In this document: positions 46,834 to 55,850 of the stretch, piece by piece
How positions within the stretch are numbered: the stretch's first letter is position 1
Layout: each line of letters opens with the position of its first letter
IMG/VR virus record: IMGVR_UViG_3300025131_009739
Coordinates: 64,001-128,000 of that record
Strand: one strand, 5' to 3'
DNA length: 64,000 nucleotides
Source: a virus
Position numbers and translations under genes: made by a program
The notes under the pieces: model-generated
Seen by the model: the letters and a program-made list of their open reading frames with translations, nothing else
What the model was told of the DNA's origin: nothing
Databases searched by the model: none

Positions 46834-47556
46834 TTATAACCCTTTTATTAGCCACCCGCCGTCGACGTAGATATCTTGCCCTGTTATATAACTGGAGGCG
46901 TCAGAGGCCAAAAATATGGTAACACCAATTAAGTCCGATGGCTCTCCCCACCTCTGCAAGACAGTTTTATTTTTTCTTTCTTCGTAAGTTTTCGAATCAG
47001 ACCAACTTTTTTTTGTCATATTCGTTTTCATATATCCCGGGCCAACATTATTAACTCTTATGTTATATTTTCCCAGATCATATGCTAAAGCCTTTGTCAA
47101 CTGTTTTAGGCCGCCTTTCATTGCAACATAAGCAGGATTATCAGGAAAAGCAAGTTCAGAGTTTAAACTTGTTATGTTGATTATAGAACCATTTAAATTT
47201 TTTCTCATTTCCTCTCCAACCATTTTACTCAAAACATACGGAGCCTTCAAATCAACATTGTAAGTTTTTTCCCAAGCTTCATCAGAATATCCACCATAAG
47301 TTACTCCAGCGTTATTAACCAATATATCAATTGTACCATATTCATTAATAATATATTCAATTATTTGTTCTACATTTTCTTTATTTGTGATATCGCATTC
47401 TATAAAATTATTTTTTTCGTCTCCGGGTTTGATATCCAAGTTAAACACGGTGGCGCCGTAATCGTAAAAACCTCTTAATATAGCAGCGCCGTTGCCGCCG
47501 CTAGCTCCAGTTACAATAGCAACTTTGTCCTTTAACGAAAATATATTATCAATCAT
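46834..47556 (-). CDS. Short-chain dehydrogenase/reductase (SDR)
   Basis: 240 aa. Motifs: TGASGGNG, LVNNAG, YVAMK, IRVNNVGPG, YITGQDIYVDGG. Confidence 0.9.
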   Translation of the reverse strand: MIDNIFSLKDKVAIVTGASGGNGAAILRGFYDYGATVFNLDIKPGDEKNNFIECDITNKENVEQIIEYIINEYGTIDILVNNAGVTYGGYSDEAWEKTYNVDLKAPYVLSKMVGEEMRKNLNGSIINITSLNSELAFPDNPAYVAMKGGLKQLTKALAYDLGKYNIRVNNVGPGYMKTNMTKKSWSDSKTYEERKNKTVLQRWGEPSDLIGVTIFLASDASSYITGQDIYVDGGWLIKGL

Positions 47557-47984
47557 AATTCCTCCACTATCTCAACTAGAGAACCATCTGGATCTTTACA
47601 AAATGTCACTTTCGCAAATCCATCCGGTGAATATTGTGGAGGACTATTAAATTTCACATCGTTTTCTTTTAACCGTTCATATGTCTCATCTAAATTATTA
47701 ACTGTCAAAGCTATATGAGAACAGCCAATTTGTGTTATCCTTCTTGTCATATCAGGCTCTTTCGGATGAGAACTATAATATAATAACTCAACCATGTCAC
47801 CGTTTTCTAAAGACATTTTCACGGTTCTAACAACAACATCTTTTAAGTCTGAAAAATTATTAATGTAATCTCCAGATTCAACCATATCTTTCTTTACCTC
47901 AAATCCTAATAAGTCTCTATAAAATTTTAGAGATCTCTCCATATCACTAACCACAATTCCAGTATGCCTTATATTCAACACCAT
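47553..47984 (-). CDS. VOC (glyoxalase/bleomycin-resistance) family protein
   Basis: 143 aa. Motifs: IRHTGIVVSDMERSLKFYRDLLG, VELL, HIALTV, DPDGSLVEIVE. Confidence 0.88.
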   Translation of the reverse strand: MVLNIRHTGIVVSDMERSLKFYRDLLGFEVKKDMVESGDYINNFSDLKDVVVRTVKMSLENGDMVELLYYSSHPKEPDMTRRITQIGCSHIALTVNNLDETYERLKENDVKFNSPPQYSPDGFAKVTFCKDPDGSLVEIVEEL

Positions 47985-48682
47985 TATCTTATCACCATTC
48001 TATTCATTCGGACTTCTTCTGCAATCATCCCTGAATCAAAAGATATGGTATGAACTATAAAATTAGCAACCTCTTTCGGATCTAGAAAAGTATTAAAGTC
48101 TTGCCTCTTATCGTGCCTGGCCATTTCTGTTTTTGTTGAGCCGGGAGAAAAACAAAACGCGCGCACATTATATTCTTTCAATTCCTGGAATAAAGAACGA
48201 GTCAAACCCAAAAGTGCATGCTTTGTAGAACAATATATACCAGTTTCTCCGGAGCCATTATAAGCGGACGAAGAAGCAATATTAATTATGCGACCCCATT
48301 TTTGTTTTTTCATATTCTTGGCAAAATAATGAGAAAGAATAAATGGGACTCTGACGTTCAAGGAAAAGCTTTGATCGAAATCATCAATATCAGATTCCAA
48401 TATTGATTTTATTTTAAAAACTCCGGCGCAATTCACCAATATATCAATATTTTTCATTTGGTTTGTCGACTGTTCTTTTACTTCTTCCAAAAATGAATCA
48501 TAAGTTAAATCTCCTGCTAAAAAATATGAGTTGGTCTCCTTTGCTACGCTTTTTAACTTTTCTTCGTCTCGCCCAGTCAAAAATAATTTGCAGCCGGCGC
48601 TGTGTAGTGATATTGCGATCTCTTTTCCAATACCGCCTGTTGCTCCAGTAACTAAAGCAACTTTGCCATTTAAGCAGTTCAT
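47984..48682 (-). CDS. Short-chain dehydrogenase/reductase (SDR)
   Basis: 232 aa. Motifs: TGATGGIG, LVNCAG, YCSTK. Confidence 0.9.
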   Translation of the reverse strand: MNCLNGKVALVTGATGGIGKEIAISLHSAGCKLFLTGRDEEKLKSVAKETNSYFLAGDLTYDSFLEEVKEQSTNQMKNIDILVNCAGVFKIKSILESDIDDFDQSFSLNVRVPFILSHYFAKNMKKQKWGRIINIASSSAYNGSGETGIYCSTKHALLGLTRSLFQELKEYNVRAFCFSPGSTKTEMARHDKRQDFNTFLDPKEVANFIVHTISFDSGMIAEEVRMNRMVIR

Positions 48683-49521
48683 TATAAAGTGTCCACTTTC
48701 CTAAGTTTTTTAGCGATGGCCTTCTCGCTATCATATACAAATTTTTCATTACTTCCCAAAGACTTTTCAATGTCCCTGATATATTTAACAAGTTTGCTTA
48801 AGCCTCCAAGCTCCAAAGAGGCTGACTGATCCGAACCATACATAGCGCGATCCAAAGTAATGTGTCTTTCAATTGAAGTAGCTCCGAGAGCAGCTGCTGC
48901 GCAGCTGACAATAACCCCCGATTCATGGCCACTATAACCAACATCGCATTGAAAGGTGTCTTTCAAAGTTTTCATTACTCTTAGATTGGCATTTTCAATT
49001 TGCATAGGATATGTGCTGTTGCAGTGCATCAATTCATAAGGACAATCTGCATCTTCAAATATTTGTATTGCCTTTCCAATTTCTTCCATAGTGCTCATTC
49101 CGGTAGATATAAAAGTATACTTACCTTCTTCAGCAATCATTTCTAACAGCTGACGATGTGTTAACATAGCAGATGCTACTTTATTATATTTTAAATCATA
49201 TTGACGCAAAAATAGTTGACTTTCTACGTCCCACGCTGACGCTAGCCATCTAATACCTTTCTTTTTACAGTGCGCGTCAATTACATCATATTCTTTCTTG
49301 GAGAACTCTAATCCTTGTTTTTGTTGTCTGTTAGTAGTCCCCCATGGACTTTCTCGAGGACGATCCAAGTCTTCTACAGAATATACTAAATCAAGAGTCC
49401 GTTTCTGAAACTTGACCGCATCGCAGCCTGCTCGATAGGCGCCGTTAATTAATTTTTTAACTAATTTTAAGTCTCCATTGTGGTTAATACCAATTTCAGC
49501 AATCACAAAAGTTTTATTCAC
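48682..49521 (-). CDS. neuB: Nonulosonic acid synthase (NeuB/PseI/LegI family), lacking the C-terminal SAF domain
   Basis: 279 aa. Motifs: IAEIGINHNG, DAVKFQKR, KVAS, STGMS, MHCNSTYP, GYSGHE, IERHITLDRAMYGSDQ. Confidence 0.88.
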   Translation of the reverse strand: MNKTFVIAEIGINHNGDLKLVKKLINGAYRAGCDAVKFQKRTLDLVYSVEDLDRPRESPWGTTNRQQKQGLEFSKKEYDVIDAHCKKKGIRWLASAWDVESQLFLRQYDLKYNKVASAMLTHRQLLEMIAEEGKYTFISTGMSTMEEIGKAIQIFEDADCPYELMHCNSTYPMQIENANLRVMKTLKDTFQCDVGYSGHESGVIVSCAAAALGATSIERHITLDRAMYGSDQSASLELGGLSKLVKYIRDIEKSLGSNEKFVYDSEKAIAKKLRKVDTL

Positions 49522-50243
49522 TTGTCTCTCCTTTGGTTTAAGTGTTTTAAAAGAATATTATCTTTATCTATGGCATATTTTAACATATCAAAGTGTGCTT
49601 GTAAATCAATATCAATAATTTCATCACAAATATAAGCATATATTTTATTACCAAAAGTATGGTCTGCTCTTACGCGATCTTGTTTAATGATGTCTATATG
49701 GCCATTAGCTTCATAAGTTTGCGGAAAAACTTGTCTTGGCAAATTATTGTAGTTTTTAATGCCGTTATAATCATCAAAAAAATCTTCGCAATAATTATTT
49801 TTGATTTTAAACAATTTATATGGAGTACTGCTTGTTTTATTAACTGTTCTTAAAGATGACAGTTCGTTTTTGTTTTCAAAATAAATTTTAATGGCATCCT
49901 CCATAATGAATAAAGAACGTAAAGGAGTAGTTGGCCTCATCAACGCTACTTCATTTACATCAATGTTGTCAAAAAAATGATTTAAAAATTCCTTGTCAGG
50001 AGATAAATCTCCAGCAAATTCTTTTGGCCTCATAAACGGCACTTCTGCTCCGTATTTCTTAGCAATTTCTGCTATTTCTTCACTATCCGTACTAACAATT
50101 GTTCGACTAACGCCTTTGCACATATTACAGGCTGCTATAGAATAAGCTATAAGAGGGTGACCTCTTACTGTTTTTATATTTTTTCTAGGGACTGTTTTAC
50201 TCCCTCCTCGAGCGGGTATTAAGGCTACAATTTTATTAGACAT
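49518..50243 (-). CDS. neuA: CMP-nonulosonic acid synthetase (acylneuraminate cytidylyltransferase)
   Basis: The likely start is 50243. Motifs: IPARGGSKTVPRKNI, VSTDS, EVPFMRP, RPTTPLR, NG, DID. Confidence 0.88.
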   Translation of the reverse strand: MSNKIVALIPARGGSKTVPRKNIKTVRGHPLIAYSIAACNMCKGVSRTIVSTDSEEIAEIAKKYGAEVPFMRPKEFAGDLSPDKEFLNHFFDNIDVNEVALMRPTTPLRSLFIMEDAIKIYFENKNELSSLRTVNKTSSTPYKLFKIKNNYCEDFFDDYNGIKNYNNLPRQVFPQTYEANGHIDIIKQDRVRADHTFGNKIYAYICDEIIDIDLQAHFDMLKYAIDKDNILLKHLNQRRDK

Positions 50244-51141
50244 AAAGCTCACCCTTGTCGAAAATTCCATACCATGAATCTTGTTTTAAATTAATAATTT
50301 GTATACCACGGGCTTGCGCGCTCTCGTTTAAAACTTTTAAGTCATTTTTTAAATTAAAATCTAATTTTTGCCAATCATTATTATCTGGGATAAACACATT
50401 TGGGTTCGCAAATCCCAATCCATAATCTAAATCTAGCCCAGATACATAAATCGGATTAAACCCCATAATTATAGCAATTGCCACCATATGAACTGCAACG
50501 GTGTCACCTGTGCTGTAGTGTTCCGAATATCCAGATACTTCTTGAAGTTTTTCTTGTAACGTGGGCACACCAGGAACAATCCATTTGCAACATTTTCCTC
50601 CCCCAGTGGGCCCGAAAGGAAGCCCTCCAGAAAAGCCACCTCCTTGTCGGGGCGGCCGCCACATTGAAAAATTATTTCCATAATCAGTAAATTTGAAATT
50701 ATGATTTTCTTTATAATAACGTTGAAAATTCTTTAATATGTCTAAACATTTATGATTTTTAAAATGACGTTGATCGTACATCAAATAATCAAGTTCTAAA
50801 TTTTTAGCTAAAAAATCTCTATCTGAAAAATCCACTGAGCCGGCAAAAAGAACTTTTGAATTTTTATGCTCATTTATATTAACAGAATGGTTTCTAATTC
50901 TCCACATGCCAGTTTTATTAATACAATCTTGAATGTTCAATTCGCCATTGGCAATAACCCAATATTCCGGGGCACTATCAAAATAATCAAACCAATTGTT
51001 ACAATCAATTCTAATAATCTTTTTTTGTTTTTCCAAGTCTGCAATTTGCTCTCTATGATTGTTGAGACTTGGCCCATGCATAGTTACAACGCAAGGAAAA
51101 TTTTCATGCTTATCTATTATTTGTTCAAATTCTATTTGCAT
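50236..51141 (-). CDS. Maf/DUF115 (MAF_flag10)-like putative nonulosonate glycosyltransferase
   Basis: 301 aa. VVTMHGPSL...IDCN...PEYWV...DTVAVHMVAIAIIMGFNPIYVSGLDL...IINL matches the GPSL and A..MG...IYL.G.D pattern shared by Maf and CstII-like folds. The gene is directly upstream of neuA-neuB. Confidence 0.65.
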   Translation of the reverse strand: MQIEFEQIIDKHENFPCVVTMHGPSLNNHREQIADLEKQKKIIRIDCNNWFDYFDSAPEYWVIANGELNIQDCINKTGMWRIRNHSVNINEHKNSKVLFAGSVDFSDRDFLAKNLELDYLMYDQRHFKNHKCLDILKNFQRYYKENHNFKFTDYGNNFSMWRPPRQGGGFSGGLPFGPTGGGKCCKWIVPGVPTLQEKLQEVSGYSEHYSTGDTVAVHMVAIAIIMGFNPIYVSGLDLDYGLGFANPNVFIPDNNDWQKLDFNLKNDLKVLNESAQARGIQIINLKQDSWYGIFDKGELYV

Positions 51142-51143
51142 AA

Positions 51144-52091
51144 CTACCAGACAAAATTATCTTTATAATGTTGTACGATCTCTGGCAATTCTGAATCAAA
51201 ATTATGCTCTGGTTCCCAACCAATATTTTGTAATTTAGAATCATCCACCGAATACCTTAAATCTTGACCATCTCTATTACAGCTAAAATCTATATAATCA
51301 TCATAATTTATTTCTTTTTTATTAAAATGTAAATCTAATATCTTTTTTACAGTATCGATATTTCTCTGTTCATAGTTACCTGCTATATTATAAATCTCAT
51401 TAACCTTTCCTGATTCTATAATTTTTATTACCGCAGTGGCTGTATCCTTGGCGTGCAACCACGTTCGAACTGGTGTGCCGTCATTATGCAAGGGAATTTT
51501 TCTTCCTAATGATAAAAATTTGCAAGTTTTTGGTATTAATTTCTCCACATATTGCCCAATCCCATAATTATTAGTCGGTCTAACAATAACATATGGAACT
51601 TCATAAGTCCTGTTCCAAGCTAATATTAACTGATCTGCTGCTGCCTTTGTAGCCGAATAAGGATTGCTTGGCTTTAACAGGTCTGCTTCTTTATGTTTTC
51701 CATCAACAATATCACCATATACTTCATCTGTGCTAAAGTGAAGAAAAATAGGCATTTTAAAATGTTTCTTTGTTTTAATTAATTCTAATAAATTATGAAC
51801 CCCATTGATATTAGAATGAACAAATTCTCCACTTTGAACAATAGAATTGTCAACGTGAGTTTCTGCGGCTGTATTGATTACATAATCGCAATCGTATAGC
51901 CAATTTAAATCATTAATATCCTTTCGTTCAAAAGCAAAATTCTTATATCTTTTAAACTCTCGCAATAAACTTTCATTCGACGCATATGTTAATTTGTCAA
52001 CACCTCTAACATACCACCCTTTTTTTAAACATGCTCTCACAACATAAGAACCCATAAACCCTAAACACCCTGTTATATAAACAATTTTCAT
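51144..52091 (-). CDS. rmlB: dTDP-glucose 4,6-dehydratase
   Basis: The likely start is 52091 (GGAG SD). Motifs: TGCLGFMG, DKLTYA, AAETHVDNSI, STDEVYG, PSNPYSATKA, NNYG..Q..EKLIP. Confidence 0.85.
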   Translation of the reverse strand: MKIVYITGCLGFMGSYVVRACLKKGWYVRGVDKLTYASNESLLREFKRYKNFAFERKDINDLNWLYDCDYVINTAAETHVDNSIVQSGEFVHSNINGVHNLLELIKTKKHFKMPIFLHFSTDEVYGDIVDGKHKEADLLKPSNPYSATKAAADQLILAWNRTYEVPYVIVRPTNNYGIGQYVEKLIPKTCKFLSLGRKIPLHNDGTPVRTWLHAKDTATAVIKIIESGKVNEIYNIAGNYEQRNIDTVKKILDLHFNKKEINYDDYIDFSCNRDGQDLRYSVDDSKLQNIGWEPEHNFDSELPEIVQHYKDNFVW

Positions 52092-52092
52092 T

Positions 52093-53439
52093 TTAGACTC
52101 CTTTTTCAATAAAAAAACTATTCACAATTTTTCGAATATATTTTAATTTTTCTTTTGTTAGGCCGGCGTATGTCCCTAGAAAAAAAGAATTGGTCGCAGC
52201 CTTGTGTGCCACAGGAAATATTTCCTTTAAATCACCATATTGTTCTGCAATATCTGAATAAGCAGGATGATACAATAAGTTGCCTGAGAAATAATTTCTA
52301 GTCTGAATTTTGGCATCTTCTAAGTATTCCACAAAATCTGCTCTACTAAAAGAGGAGCTTTCTTTAATGGTTAGCAAAAAAGCAAACCATGATGGATTGG
52401 ATTTTTCCGTTGCTTTTGGAAGATGAAAATATTTTTTATACGGTTTAAAAACATCTAAAAGATAATTGAAGTTTCTTACACGAGAAGAATGAAAGCTTTC
52501 TACTTTTTTAAGCTGCTCTAATCCAATCGCAGCCTGCATTTCTATTGGCTTAAGATTAAATCCTATTTCACTGTATACATATCGATGATCATAAATTATA
52601 TCTTTATTTTGAGGAAGCCATTTTCTGAATCTATTCCCGCATGCAGTTCCACCAGTGACATCTCCTGGCTTTTTTGTGTTACAATAACAAGCCCTTCCCC
52701 AATCACGCAAACTTAACAAAACTTTATAATTTCTTACTTTGTTTGTCGCTACAAAGCCACCTTCTCCTAATGTCATATGATGGGCTGGATAAAAGGAACA
52801 AGACGACATATCACCAAAAGATCCTAATTTTTTACCATCATAAGTTGAGCCTAAAGCATCGCATGCGTCCTCTAATAGAACCAAGTCATACCTTTTAACC
52901 AACTCCATTACTTTGTCCATATTTGGGGGGTTTCCGAGCGCGTGAGCGAACATTATAGCCCTGATCTCTTTGTCTGTATCTTCTTCTAGCACTCTTTCAA
53001 CTTGTTCCAAATCTAAATTTAAATCAGGCAAAGTTGAATCAACAAAAACCGGGATGAATCCGGATTGGAGTATGGGATTAACTGTCGTTGGAAAACATAC
53101 AATTGGAGTAATAATCTTTGTTCCGACAGGGAAATTGTAAAGATTTTTAGACTTGAGAGCCGAGACCATCAATAAGTTAGCTGAGCTTCCGGAATTAGTT
53201 AAAATTCCATTGTTCATTCCTAAATGAGGCGCAAACTCCTCCTCAAATTGTCGACTCTTTTTTCCAAACACTAACCAACCATCGACCAAAGATTTAATAG
53301 CAGCAAGATATTCATCTTTTGAAAATACATCCCCTGAGTAGGAAACCCAATCTTCTCCTGGCGTCCACTTCATCTCTTGCCTCTTTTTATTTTCTATATA
53401 TTCGGAAAGAGGCTCTAATATCTGTTCTAACTCACTCAT
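52093..53439 (-). CDS. rfbH: CDP-4-keto-6-deoxyglucose 3-dehydrase (E1, RfbH/DdhC)
   Basis: 448 aa. Motifs: NSGSSANL, AHALGNP, EDACDALG, SFYPAHHMTLGEGG (His at the PLP-Lys position), RDWGRACYC...C..RF (Fe-S cysteines), YDHRY. Confidence 0.88.
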   Translation of the reverse strand: MSELEQILEPLSEYIENKKRQEMKWTPGEDWVSYSGDVFSKDEYLAAIKSLVDGWLVFGKKSRQFEEEFAPHLGMNNGILTNSGSSANLLMVSALKSKNLYNFPVGTKIITPIVCFPTTVNPILQSGFIPVFVDSTLPDLNLDLEQVERVLEEDTDKEIRAIMFAHALGNPPNMDKVMELVKRYDLVLLEDACDALGSTYDGKKLGSFGDMSSCSFYPAHHMTLGEGGFVATNKVRNYKVLLSLRDWGRACYCNTKKPGDVTGGTACGNRFRKWLPQNKDIIYDHRYVYSEIGFNLKPIEMQAAIGLEQLKKVESFHSSRVRNFNYLLDVFKPYKKYFHLPKATEKSNPSWFAFLLTIKESSSFSRADFVEYLEDAKIQTRNYFSGNLLYHPAYSDIAEQYGDLKEIFPVAHKAATNSFFLGTYAGLTKEKLKYIRKIVNSFFIEKGV

Positions 53440-54430
53440 CCTTCAAATAATCCCATTCATATGTTTTCCTATAAGAAGACCATGGTATATTTGTTTCTTT
53501 GTATTCATTTTGGAGGATTTTAATAACTGAAGATGTATAACCTTCGTGAGGATAAAATCCCCACTTTTCATGAAATTTGTCATGCGAATGTTTTTCAAAT
53601 CTTAGATCAAAATCTGTATCTCTTTTATGTCTCTTGTTTGGGTGTGTAATAAAGATATCAGGAATCCAAATATTAATCAAGTTGTTTTTTAAAGACTCTA
53701 ATGCCCAATCTTCGTTAAGTAGCATCGTATATGGCCCAAAATCAGCAGCAGGGCCTATCAATTGTAAAGCTTTAGAGCTAACCAAATTAAAATCTAGAGG
53801 TCCGTGACATTTAACTGTTCTTTTTGGAAGATCTAAAAGGTGCTTATTATCATCAGTTAGTTTTTGCCCTAGTTCAAAATTATGACATTCAAATCTAAAA
53901 CGGTCTTCTCTGTCAGTATGAAATCCGGAAGTAGTGGTATCTGATCTGGGGCCATCTGAAATATCCCAGCTACGATCATTGGTACAAACAATCCAACCAA
54001 TTTCATCTTCATATCCTTCGATCTCTTTGACTGCTCTATTATAAAAGTTATCAGTGTTGAGAACAACGTCGTCATGTGTTACTAAAAAATATTTTGTATC
54101 ATCTTTATATTTTTCAACAAAATAATTAAAGTCTTTATACCATGGACCTCGAGTGTGCACAACCTCTAATAAAGAATTCTTTTTGACAACTTTACTTAAG
54201 ACTTTATTCTCGAAAATTTCTCTTACAAAGCGCTTTGTTATTGGCACCTGTTTATGAACCTTGCCACTTTTAAACTCATAGGAAACAAGATTATCAAGAT
54301 CGTCGACAACGATATAAAATTTATAATTGCATTCACCAATATTTTTCGAAATTGTATAAATTGCTTCAAGCAAATTTTCCTTAGCAACAACAGGTCCAAC
54401 ACTCGCAATAAAAACTAAAACATCAAACAT
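53432..54430 (-). CDS. Putative GT-A (GT2-like) glycosyltransferase
   Basis: 332 aa. IVVDD, LVTHDDVV, NEDWAL, ITHP and F.EKWG follow the GT-A pattern, though divergent. The gene is in the sugar cluster. Confidence 0.55.
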   Translation of the reverse strand: MFDVLVFIASVGPVVAKENLLEAIYTISKNIGECNYKFYIVVDDLDNLVSYEFKSGKVHKQVPITKRFVREIFENKVLSKVVKKNSLLEVVHTRGPWYKDFNYFVEKYKDDTKYFLVTHDDVVLNTDNFYNRAVKEIEGYEDEIGWIVCTNDRSWDISDGPRSDTTTSGFHTDREDRFRFECHNFELGQKLTDDNKHLLDLPKRTVKCHGPLDFNLVSSKALQLIGPAADFGPYTMLLNEDWALESLKNNLINIWIPDIFITHPNKRHKRDTDFDLRFEKHSHDKFHEKWGFYPHEGYTSSVIKILQNEYKETNIPWSSYRKTYEWDYLKDE

Positions 54431-55418
54431 CTATCTTCTCATCATTGTTTATTTTTAACATCCAATGATCCACCATTTCATCCAGCATACTTTCAAAAGT
54501 ATATTTTGGAACCCACCCAATAACTTTTCTTATTCTTGAAGAATCTCCTCTTAAATATTTTAGCTCTTCCGGTCTCATATATTTAGGATTCTGAACAACA
54601 TAATCTTTGTAATCCATTCCCAAACGAGTGAAAACATGCTCACACAGTTCACGAATTGAGTGCGTTTTTCCTGTTGCAACTATCCACTCTTCTGGAGTTT
54701 CATGATTTAAAATCATGTGCATCGCTCGAACATAATCTTTTGAATGTCCCCAATCTCTATAAGATTCTAAATTTCCAAGTTCTAGTTTTTCTCTTAGACC
54801 TTTTTTAATCTCTACAGCCGTTTTTACAACTTTATTTGTTACAAAATTAGACCCTCTTCTAGGAGACTCATGATTAAACAGAATTCCATTGCATGCATGT
54901 AAATTATAGGCATTTCTGTAGTGCCTGACCAAATTAAATGCTAATAATTTGGCACAACCATATGGGCTAACCGGTAGCATAGTGGTTGTCAATTTTTGTA
55001 AACCATCTTCTTCTACTGAATTACCAAACATTTCTGATGAACTGGCCTGATAAAATTTTGCCTCTGGTACAATTGTTCTATATGCTTCAAGCAAGTTCAA
55101 GACAGCTAAAGCGTTTGTTTGTATTGTAAAAGAAGGCATATCAAAACTAATTCTAACATGGCTCATTGCAGCTAAATTATATATCTCATCTGGTTGGACC
55201 TGTGTAATAATTCTTGTTAAAGATGAAACATCTAACATATCACCATAAAAAGTTTCAATAAGCCCATGTAAATGTTTTATTCTACTATCTTGATTTTCAG
55301 ATACTGAACTTCTTCTCACAATGCCATATACTTCATATCCCTGTTCTAACAAATATTCTGCTAAATAACTTCCATCTTGTCCGGAGATTCCAGTAATAAG
55401 CGCTCGTTTTTTAGTCAT
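54423..55418 (-). CDS. gmd: GDP-mannose 4,6-dehydratase
   Basis: 331 aa. Motifs: ALITGISGQDGSYLAE, YNLAAMSHV.ISF, YQASSSEMFG, SPYGCAK, GILFNHESPRRG, RDWGH. Confidence 0.93.
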   Translation of the reverse strand: MTKKRALITGISGQDGSYLAEYLLEQGYEVYGIVRRSSVSENQDSRIKHLHGLIETFYGDMLDVSSLTRIITQVQPDEIYNLAAMSHVRISFDMPSFTIQTNALAVLNLLEAYRTIVPEAKFYQASSSEMFGNSVEEDGLQKLTTTMLPVSPYGCAKLLAFNLVRHYRNAYNLHACNGILFNHESPRRGSNFVTNKVVKTAVEIKKGLREKLELGNLESYRDWGHSKDYVRAMHMILNHETPEEWIVATGKTHSIRELCEHVFTRLGMDYKDYVVQNPKYMRPEELKYLRGDSSRIRKVIGWVPKYTFESMLDEMVDHWMLKINNDEKIDV

Positions 55419-55435
55419 TCTTCACCTCATACACA

Positions 55436-55464
55436 ATGATAACATCAGCTTCGCTTTTTGTTAA
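55436..55464 (-). promoter_or_regulatory. Sigma70-like promoter upstream of gmd
   Basis: The minus strand reads TTAACA-17 nt-TATCAT with a TG extension (TGtTATCAT), followed by a GAGGTG SD and the ATG at 55418. Confidence 0.55.
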
Positions 55465-55478
55465 ACAATTAACTACTT

Positions 55479-55847
55479 TTAAGATGGGCAGCCAGCTGTA
55501 ACGCAGCCACCTGGTGGAGGACTCGGACTGTCTTTTTCTGCTTTGAAAGAAGTCCCGCAGGCGCAACTTTTAACTGCTTTAGAATTATCAAATTTAAAGC
55601 CAGATTGATGCAAAGACTCAACATAATCTACTACTGTTTCTCTTAATTGAAAGCTGCTATAAGGATTTAAATAAATTTTAACCTTCCCCAAGTTAACTAT
55701 AATATCATCAGGCTTAGAGCTTTCATCTACTTCAATGGTATAAGAAAGCCCCGAACAACCACCGCCGACGACGCCTACTCTAACGATGTCTTCAGAATCT
55801 AAAGCAGATTCTAGCTTTTTGATCGCAGCGGCTGTAAAAGTGATCAC
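55479..55847 (-). CDS. iscA: A-type Fe-S cluster carrier (IscA/HesB family)
   Basis: 122 aa. Motifs: ITFTAAA, RVGVVGGGCSGLSY, VDY......GFKF.N, SCACGTSF. Confidence 0.88.
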   Translation of the reverse strand: MITFTAAAIKKLESALDSEDIVRVGVVGGGCSGLSYTIEVDESSKPDDIIVNLGKVKIYLNPYSSFQLRETVVDYVESLHQSGFKFDNSKAVKSCACGTSFKAEKDSPSPPPGGCVTAGCPS

Positions 55848-55850
55848 CTT

